Positions 33,317 to 38,554 of a DNA stretch of 38,554 nucleotides are shown one piece after another. Under the pieces are notes generated by a model. It ran no database searches, was not told the DNA's origin, and saw only the letters and a list, made by a program, of their open reading frames with translations. Position 1 is the first letter of the stretch, and each line of letters starts with the position of its first letter. The position numbers and the translations under genes were made by a program. This DNA comes from a virus: positions 1 to 38,554 of the IMG/VR virus record IMGVR_UViG_3300048050_000067, one strand, 5' to 3'.

Positions 33317-33484
33317 ATGAAAGACCGCCTTCATCACACATGGAAAGACCATGTGAGAAAAGGCGAGTCTATGTGGAGGTTAAGGCGCCGATTCTGGAAA
33401 ACCTATTATTCAATTTTGGAGTGGCTTGACTGGTGGCCTCCCCCGGAAGACTCGCCCAATCCTTACAAAGAAAAGCCTCCGTGA
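33317..33484 (+). CDS. Possible small Trp-rich protein (55 aa)
   Basis: The ATG is 1 nt after the upstream stop, with no clear RBS. The 3' end runs into the terminator stem. Confidence 0.25.
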   Translation: MKDRLHHTWKDHVRKGESMWRLRRRFWKTYYSILEWLDWWPPPEDSPNPYKEKPP

Positions 33485-33506
33485 TGAGCGGAGGCTTTTC
33501 TTATTT
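33471..33506. terminator. Bidirectional rho-independent terminator between the convergent late operon and cargo operon
   Basis: The stem is GCCTCCG (33475-33481) with CGGAGGC (33489-33495) and a 7-nt loop. It is flanked by AAAA on the left and TTTTCTTATTT on the right. Confidence 0.75.
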
Positions 33507-33683
33507 CGAGATATGCTCTCTTATCGATTTTCGGACTAGATCGACCTTTCCGCCATCGCCAGCATTGTCGAACGCCGAAATGACGTCGGCATCCGAATTA
33601 ATGTTAAAGCGGAAAGAGAACAGTTTGGTGTTCTTTTTATTAAACTCCGCCGCTCTTTCGGCTTTTGTAATTTTCTTTTTCAT
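33501..33683 (-). CDS. Small ribbon-helix-helix-like DNA-binding protein (putative)
   Basis: 60 aa from the ATG at 33683, which forms an ATGA overlap with the upstream gene. KLFSFRFNINSDADVISAF...DLVRKSIREHI fits a beta-strand plus two-helix RHH pattern. Confidence 0.45.
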   Translation of the reverse strand: MKKKITKAERAAEFNKKNTKLFSFRFNINSDADVISAFDNAGDGGKVDLVRKSIREHISK

Positions 33684-34048
33684 AAGATTTTGCTCCATTC
33701 TTCCATTTCGGCAATGACGTCTCTCACTTTCGCTGTTTTCATGTTGGGGCGGTCTTTTTTAAATTGTTCTCTCATGGATTTCTTCTCTTTAGCCTCGCCG
33801 GCGTCGTCAAACGGATCATTGGCCAAGATCTTCTCGGTCTGAAGATCGTCGTAATACCAATCAATAATTGGCCGATATTCCGCATTCGCCCCTTGAGCGA
33901 TAGCGATAACTCTAAATTCCGGAATCATCTTGAAGGATAACGGCGAACCGCGAAGCAATAGAATTTCGGATTCTGGGGTAAGAGTACCGTCTTTGATCTC
34001 TTCTTTGATTTCCTTCAGAAGATCGGAATAATCATATGAGAGATTCAT
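33680..34048 (-). CDS. Hypothetical acidic protein (cargo operon, middle gene)
   Basis: GGAAGGAG precedes the ATG at 34048 (MNLSYDYS). There are ATGA overlaps at both ends. No family recognised. Confidence 0.6.
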   Translation of the reverse strand: MNLSYDYSDLLKEIKEEIKDGTLTPESEILLLRGSPLSFKMIPEFRVIAIAQGANAEYRPIIDWYYDDLQTEKILANDPFDDAGEAKEKKSMREQFKKDRPNMKTAKVRDVIAEMEEWSKIL

Positions 34049-34614
34049 TTGCACTCCTTCCATAATTTGGAATTCTTTCTAGGTTTCCCCGGGAGTTTTT
34101 TGATTATGCACAGACTTCCGAGGAGCTTTTGGCCGAAGCATCCGGAAACATCAACTTTCGAAGACTTTCCATTAGTCTCGGTCCAGCGTGCAATTCCGCA
34201 ATGTTCGACTTTTTTCTGATAGTTTCGGAAGTTTCCTTCCCATGAGCAATAAGATACGAATGCGTACTTCTCAATAATGGTTTTGGGCTGAGGATTCTTT
34301 TTTTCTTTTTGCTCATGCGTCAAAGCCATAATCGTGGAGATCTCTTTTTCTTCGTTGAAGGCGTAGAAATCGGTTTGATTGAGAAATTTCCCAGTATGAT
34401 GCCATTCAGAACGATCTAAGAAGGAGGCCTTCAGTTCTTCGGCCGATAGATCTTCGCAATGTTTTTCGGCATCAATGCCGTAGTGGACTTTTACGAGATC
34501 AAGGATTTCTGATTTCGACCATTTCGAGAGTGGCTTCTTTCCCTCAGAATAAGCTTCGGAAGCTCTCACGCTCATTGATTCGCCAATGTAGCCCGATTGA
34601 TTGTATGTCACCAT
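34045..34614 (-). CDS. Hypothetical protein (cargo operon, first gene)
   Basis: 189 aa with AGGAGG upstream. The N-terminal motif is SGYIGESMSVRASEAYSEGKKPLSKWSK, followed by SEWHHTGKFLNQTDFY. The C-terminus is Cys-containing and basic. Confidence 0.65.
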   Translation of the reverse strand: MVTYNQSGYIGESMSVRASEAYSEGKKPLSKWSKSEILDLVKVHYGIDAEKHCEDLSAEELKASFLDRSEWHHTGKFLNQTDFYAFNEEKEISTIMALTHEQKEKKNPQPKTIIEKYAFVSYCSWEGNFRNYQKKVEHCGIARWTETNGKSSKVDVSGCFGQKLLGSLCIIKKLPGKPRKNSKLWKECK

Positions 34615-34637
34615 TTGGTTTTCCTCCTATGACCATG

Positions 34638-34675
34638 TATATGATAGCATATAATTATTTATATGCAAGCATATA
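34638..34675. promoter_or_regulatory. Two related palindromes overlapping the likely promoter of the cargo operon
   Basis: TATATG-atag-CATATA is at 34638-34653 and TATATGC-aa-GCATATA at 34660-34675, with centres 22 bp apart. On the minus strand TTGCAT-16 nt-TATCAT falls in the same stretch. Confidence 0.5.
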
Positions 34676-34736
34676 CTTTTATTAAAGGTTTATTCGATGT
34701 TTAATTAACATATAATAATTCAGTCAATTTATTTCC

Positions 34737-34769
34737 ATTTCCTCCAAATTTCCTCCAAATTTCCTCCAA
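34737..34769. repeat. Tandem 11-bp repeat ATTTCCTCCAA x3
   Basis: Read directly at 34737-34747, 34748-34758 and 34759-34769, with a partial ATTTCC just upstream. Confidence 0.9.
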
Positions 34770-34770
34770 G

Positions 34771-34800
34771 AAAATAAAAAGTCTCGTGTTAATCGAGACT
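34771..34800 (-). terminator. Rho-independent terminator (minus strand) downstream of the integrase-lipoprotein unit
   Basis: The stem is AGTCTCG (34780-34786) with CGAGACT (34794-34800) and a 7-nt loop. On the minus strand it is followed by TTTTTATTTT. Confidence 0.6.
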
Positions 34801-34854
34801 TTAAGACATATGGAGCAAGTGACGGGAAGTTCTAAGTCTATTATCCCCAGTTTT

Positions 34855-34945
34855 GCGGATTTATGATATTCGCAAAATGGGAGCAATAATCGTAATTTAA
34901 TGAAACTGTGGATAAATGGTTTTTGATTGATTTCGCGGATTTATG
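34855..34945. repeat. Direct repeat GCGGATTTATG x2, 80 bp apart (candidate integrase arm-type sites / attP region)
   Basis: The copies are at 34855-34865 and 34935-34945, in the only long non-coding stretch next to the integrase unit. Confidence 0.35.
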
Positions 34946-35021
34946 GTTTTTATCAATATTTTTTCCTCCAAAAAACGGAGTTAACCAAAAAGCGATCCGT
35001 TATCCTCGCCGCTTTTTTAAA

Positions 35022-35411
35022 TCAATATTGTTTGGTCCATTGAATCTTGGTTACCTTCGCCGTTTTCGGAAAAGCGGAACAATAACCGATGATTGAGAAA
35101 GACCATTTTTCGAGATTCTGAACGATGCTGCTGATCGTGTTGGACCAATTCAGTATCGTCCCCGCAGCGTCATAGACATTCGCCTCGATGTAAATATCTT
35201 CGAGCGAGTATCCGGTTTGGTTTTGGACCGTTCCCGTGAGTTCATAAAAATAAGAGGCATCGTACTCCTTCGTTGAAGTAAGTTTCAGCGATCCTGAAAC
35301 GATAACGACCTCGCCGGCATTGTTATTGTTGTTTGTGGCCGTTTTGGATGAGCAAGAAACCAAAGAAAACAAACACGCAACTGATAGAATAAGCAATTTA
35401 GCTTTTTTCAT
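35022..35411 (-). CDS. Prophage lipoprotein (candidate superinfection-exclusion or moron protein)
   Basis: The signal peptide MKKAKLLILSVACLFSLVSC has an L-V-S-C lipobox. The gene is co-oriented with the integrase. Confidence 0.75.
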   Translation of the reverse strand: MKKAKLLILSVACLFSLVSCSSKTATNNNNNAGEVVIVSGSLKLTSTKEYDASYFYELTGTVQNQTGYSLEDIYIEANVYDAAGTILNWSNTISSIVQNLEKWSFSIIGYCSAFPKTAKVTKIQWTKQY

Positions 35412-35445
35412 AAATCCCCCATTTGTAAATATAATAACTCAAAAT

Positions 35446-36594
35446 TCAGGCTTTTTCTCGTTTTGAAGAAATCGAATCAAAGGCATTGGCTACCGATTTG
35501 ATCAACCTTTCTTCGTCTTCGGCTTTGACGTGATTCGCATAGGTGTTTAGAAACACGGTAGGGGAATTCCCGGTCATTTTTGCCGCCGCCGAGACATCCG
35601 AAACCGTTCGGCATTGAGCTCCGAGCCATGTTGACATCGTGTGCCTTAACCCATGTGGTGTCGAAAACGGCACTCCGGAGATCTCGCAGTAACGTTTCAT
35701 CGATCGCCTGAATGCGTTTTTCGAAAGGGGCTTGATATGATCCATACCCGTGAAAAGATAGTCATTTGAGTCTTTGGCTATCGAATCGATGTAATAATCC
35801 AAAAGGGAGGATATTTGCGCGGATAAAGGCTTGATTCGATAACTAGTTCTTGTCTTCAGACTATCGGTGTCGATGCATTTTCCGATGCCGGTTCCCTCTA
35901 TGATTTGATGGCTGAAGATGATCTTTTTTTCTTTGCGATCGTAGTCTTTAACTTTGAGGGCCAAAAACTCCCCGATTCGGCATCCGAGATAGCAAGCAAG
36001 TGAGAACATAATATAATCCGAAGATTCCTTTTCGATCGAATTCAAGAATTTCTTCTCCTCATCCATTGTCCAAACTATTTTTTCTTTGCGAGGGTGGAGA
36101 TCTTCTTTGATGTGCCTAGCTTTCCCGCAAAGAGTTTGGTAGGTATCGCTATCGATCATCTTTGCCTGCCAAGCGAAACGAATGAGATCCCGGAATCGTC
36201 CGATAACTTTGTTCGCAATGTTTCCGGAGCAGGAAGCGATAAGATTGTTATACCAATTAATTACTTTATCTTCGTTCAAGCAGTCCTTTAGAAGCATTCC
36301 TTTCCAAACTTTCATATGGGAAAAGTCGTTTTTGTCGCAATTAACTCTTGTTTGAAGGCCGATTCCATTTCTTTCACGATCGTCTTCATATATTTTCTGT
36401 AGATCTTCGAAGAAAAGCGGAAGATAGCAAGCGGAGTGGTCTCTCTTCCATTGAGCAATGGCACGATCATAATCATCGCTGGCTTCCTTTTTCGAGTGGT
36501 AACCATGAATGGTGCAGCTTTTAAATTTCCCATTTACCTTAATTTTGGTACTAATCAGAAACCCAGTCTTGCAAGGGTAAATTCCTTTTTTCAT
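35446..36594 (-). CDS. int: Tyrosine integrase
   Basis: 382 aa with an N-terminal arm-type/AP2-like domain. The catalytic pattern is LGCRIGEFLALKVKD (Arg), HGLRHTMSTW (HxxR) and LNTYANHV (Tyr). Confidence 0.9.
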   Translation of the reverse strand: MKKGIYPCKTGFLISTKIKVNGKFKSCTIHGYHSKKEASDDYDRAIAQWKRDHSACYLPLFFEDLQKIYEDDRERNGIGLQTRVNCDKNDFSHMKVWKGMLLKDCLNEDKVINWYNNLIASCSGNIANKVIGRFRDLIRFAWQAKMIDSDTYQTLCGKARHIKEDLHPRKEKIVWTMDEEKKFLNSIEKESSDYIMFSLACYLGCRIGEFLALKVKDYDRKEKKIIFSHQIIEGTGIGKCIDTDSLKTRTSYRIKPLSAQISSLLDYYIDSIAKDSNDYLFTGMDHIKPLSKNAFRRSMKRYCEISGVPFSTPHGLRHTMSTWLGAQCRTVSDVSAAAKMTGNSPTVFLNTYANHVKAEDEERLIKSVANAFDSISSKREKA

Positions 36595-36605
36595 TATTTT
36601 TTTCC

Positions 36606-36962
36606 TTAGCTTTTATCAATAAAATTAATTAGGAATGTTTCAATCTTTGCCAATTGATCTTCGGAATAGAATAAAAGTTTATTTTCCAATTTCTTTCTTA
36701 ATGAGGCGTGAATCTCTGTTTCTATTTCTTTAGGGACGTTAAGCCCAAAAAGCCATCCTGCATCGACATGATAAAAATCAGCCAATGTTTGAATGTTGTC
36801 AATTTTCATATTAGTGATTTGCCCATTTTCCCATTTGCGGACTGTTGTTTTTCCAACCCCACAGACATCTCCTATTTTTTCGAGGGAATAATGATGATCT
36901 TTTCTAAGCTCCTTTATGCGTTCTCGACATAAGGCATCGGTGTTTTTAAGGTTTTCTGACAT
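36606..36962 (-). CDS. cI-like repressor (XRE-family HTH, no peptidase domain)
   Basis: GGGAGG precedes the ATG at 36962. The HTH is YSLEKIGDVCGVGKTTVRKWENGQ. It is divergent from a Cro-like gene. Confidence 0.8.
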   Translation of the reverse strand: MSENLKNTDALCRERIKELRKDHHYSLEKIGDVCGVGKTTVRKWENGQITNMKIDNIQTLADFYHVDAGWLFGLNVPKEIETEIHASLRKKLENKLLFYSEDQLAKIETFLINFIDKS

Positions 36963-36992
36963 AACTAACCTCCCAACCAATAATATTATTAA

Positions 36993-37009
36993 GTTGCTCT
37001 CAAAGCAAC
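36993..37009. promoter_or_regulatory. Operator-like palindrome GTTGCT-ctcaa-AGCAAC in the cI/cro intergenic region
   Basis: It has perfect 6-bp arms. Related half-sites are GTTGCA at 37038-37043 and AGCAAC at 37083-37088. Confidence 0.5.
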
Positions 37010-37166
37010 AAATAAACCAAAATCGGCAATAAATGTTGTTGCAAAATGAAAACTAGTCATTAAAATAGAAAGTGCATTTTGAAGCAACTTTAATTCAAAA
37101 TTGAATTGAATTGCATGGGTCTTGCGGCGAAACAAAGGACCCGAAATTGCTACAAGGAGGAACACC

Positions 37167-37397
37167 ATGAGTTCAGTAAGTCCCATCAACAAAGACGTCT
37201 TGAAAGGAGACATTATCAAATCCCATTTCACCATTGAATCCTTTTCAAAGACACTTGGAATGGACAAGAGTCAACTTTCAAGAAGGATGAATGGCGAAGT
37301 TCGTTTCACCAGGGAAGAGATTAAAAAAATCTCCGAAGTTTTAGAAATTAGCCAAGAGGAAGTTTGGAAGATTTTTTTTGCAAGTAAAGTTGCTTAA
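37167..37397 (+). CDS. Cro-like / DUF739-like HTH regulator
   Basis: AAGGAGG lies 6 nt upstream of ATG 37167. FSKTLGMDKSQLSRRMNGEVRFTREEIKKISEVLEIS..EEVWKIFF matches the DUF739-type Cro pattern. Confidence 0.7.
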   Translation: MSSVSPINKDVLKGDIIKSHFTIESFSKTLGMDKSQLSRRMNGEVRFTREEIKKISEVLEISQEEVWKIFFASKVA

Positions 37398-37408
37398 AAG
37401 TGAACTTT

Positions 37409-37948
37409 ATGGAAAGCGCTGCCATCCAAAAACTCAATATTCTTTTCAAGCCCAACTGGTCCTATTCGGACATAGCCCTTTTCGCCGGCTATGACGATAC
37501 GAAGGCCATTTCGCTTGAAAAACAGGCCATGAAAGGCAATGGATCGATAAAGGATTGCCCCCACAGGGTGCGTATCGATCCCGTTCTCGTCGTTTTGGGA
37601 AGTTCATTGGATCTTGAGCTCTCAAAATACGCCACAGCCTTCCCTGGTCTTTTGAGAATGGATGGGGAGCCCGCTCAGCGGTTCTTTCTTCTGCAAAAGC
37701 CAAATTGGTCCTACCAAGACATCGCCGCCTTCAGCGGTTACGGGCAAGCCAAGGCTTGCGAGATCATGGCTCGGGCAATTTCCTCTTTTGATGGGAAAGT
37801 TCCTTTCAGCGCCCATCGCTCGAAGATCGATTCCGTTCTGAAGGTCCTCGGATCATCGCTAAACGAAGAGCTCCGGAAATACTCTTTCGTTTTCGTTCAG
37901 CCCGCGTCCCTTTTGACGACAAAAGGAGATAACTATGGAAGAAATTGA
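37409..37948 (+). CDS. Protein with two tandem DUF3173-like (excisionase-like) repeats
   Basis: The internal duplication is KPNWSYSDIALFAGY...RVRIDPVLVVLGSSLDLELSKY and KPNWSYQDIAAFSGY...RSKIDSVLKVLGSSLNEELRKY. GTG 37400 is an alternative start. Confidence 0.6.
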   Translation: MESAAIQKLNILFKPNWSYSDIALFAGYDDTKAISLEKQAMKGNGSIKDCPHRVRIDPVLVVLGSSLDLELSKYATAFPGLLRMDGEPAQRFFLLQKPNWSYQDIAAFSGYGQAKACEIMARAISSFDGKVPFSAHRSKIDSVLKVLGSSLNEELRKYSFVFVQPASLLTTKGDNYGRN

Positions 37949-38554
37949 ATGGATAAAAGTAAGAACTGACCTTCTCGATGGCTCTTCTTTCAAATTCATG
38001 AGAACGGCCGAGATCGGCGGGAAACCATTTCGCGACACTTTGGAGTCCATTTGGATTGAGCTTCTCACTTTGGCCGGGAAGATGAACAACAGCGGTTTCC
38101 TCGACAACGAGGAAGTGGATATCAGCACTTACGAAGACCTTGCGGCGATGATTGAGCGCAAACCGGATGAAGTGAAGCTCTGCATGGCCTTCTATTGCAA
38201 ACAAAAGATGGTCAAGGTCACCGAGAAGAAAATCGGTGATAAATCGGTGATCCGCTTCCTCATCGTTAATTTCGTCAAATACCAAAACGAAGATCACCTG
38301 TCGCTGATTAGGAAAAGGCACAAAGAAGCCCAAGCCAAATATCGCGAAAGCATCAAGGAGATAGAATCGAAAAATATCACGCGTGATATCACCGTGACAT
38401 CACCGGTGATAGATTCCTCTCAAGAGAAACAAGATAAGAAGAAACAAGATACGGAAGAGAATACTCCTTCGTCGTATTCCGTTAAACCTTGTTATACCAA
38501 GTTAGACCCCTTTTCAAGGGACCCCTATGTGGATTTCCTTTATGAGAAAGGATT
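37935..38554 (+). CDS. Phage replisome organizer, N-terminal part (runs off the window and continues at position 128 of the circle)
   Basis: AAAGGAG precedes ATG 37935. EEIEWIKVRTDLLDGSSFKFMRTAEIGGKPFRDTLESIWIELLTLAGKMNNSGFL matches the replisome-organizer N-terminal domain pattern. Confidence 0.7.
   Translation, partial: MEEIEWIKVRTDLLDGSSFKFMRTAEIGGKPFRDTLESIWIELLTLAGKMNNSGFLDNEEVDISTYEDLAAMIERKPDEVKLCMAFYCKQKMVKVTEKKIGDKSVIRFLIVNFVKYQNEDHLSLIRKRHKEAQAKYRESIKEIESKNITRDITVTSPVIDSSQEKQDKKKQDTEENTPSSYSVKPCYTKLDPFSRDPYVDFLYEKG
38428..38554. repeat. Terminal direct repeat, copy 2
   Basis: Identical to 1-127. Confidence 0.95.

Noticed and set aside
34737-34769. The short tandem repeat, considered as a CRISPR-like array.
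   Set aside because: The three 11-bp units are contiguous with no spacers, and there are no cas genes.
34811-34850. The ...GGGAAGTTCTAAGTCTATTATCCCCA stretch, considered as a tRNA 3'-end-like attP core.
   Set aside because: Neither strand forms a T-arm or acceptor pairing. The attP core remains unidentified.
38428-38554. The terminal repeat, considered as a physical direct terminal repeat (DTR) of the virion DNA.
   Set aside because: It falls inside a coding frame that is only complete when circularised. Its length matches a common maximal assembler k-mer. HNH plus P27-type TerS points to cos packaging instead.

Overview
The window is one complete, circularly permuted temperate phage or prophage genome. 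Bases 1-127 are repeated exactly at 38428-38554, so the unique length is 38,427 bp, and one gene (a replisome organizer) reads across that junction. Nearly everything is on the + strand, tightly packed with ATGA/ATGxTAA overlaps and AGGAGG-type ribosome binding sites, which suggests a Bacillota-like host (inference only).

Modules in order:
- 1-12.6 kb: early, replication and DNA-modification genes. These include the replisome organizer, a NUMOD4/HNH homing endonuclease, a PcfK-like/PcfJ-like pair, an orphan SPPY DNA methyltransferase, a short beta-clamp-like protein, a DUF5131 CxxxCxxC protein, a DUF3850 protein, a PAPS-reductase-like protein, a small second tyrosine recombinase and a late-regulator-like HTH protein.
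- 12.7-19.9 kb: HK97-type packaging and head genes (HNH, TerS, TerL, portal, prohead protease, major capsid, connectors).
- 19.9-30.6 kb: non-contractile tail genes (major tail, chaperone with a candidate -1 frameshift, tape measure, Dit, Tal-like, three tandem paralogous distal-tail genes, large fibre).
- 30.45-31.96 kb: a diversity-generating retroelement (DGR) aimed at the C-terminus of the fibre gene.
- 31.9-33.5 kb: small membrane and holin-like genes with no recognisable endolysin.
- 33.5-34.6 kb: a minus-strand three-gene cargo operon.
- 34.6-37.4 kb: putative attP region, lipoprotein, integrase and a cI-like/Cro-like switch.

The strongest finding is the compact DGR with no Avd gene. 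VR 30451-30555 and TR 30661-30765 differ at 16 positions, and every one is a TR adenine. Other notable items are a GC-rich, roughly 150-nt, strongly self-complementary element directly upstream of the DGR target gene, the uncharacterised cargo operon with paired palindromic operators, phased repeats upstream of the second recombinase, and the missing endolysin.

All family assignments come from reading motifs by eye. No database search, HMM scan or folding program was run.
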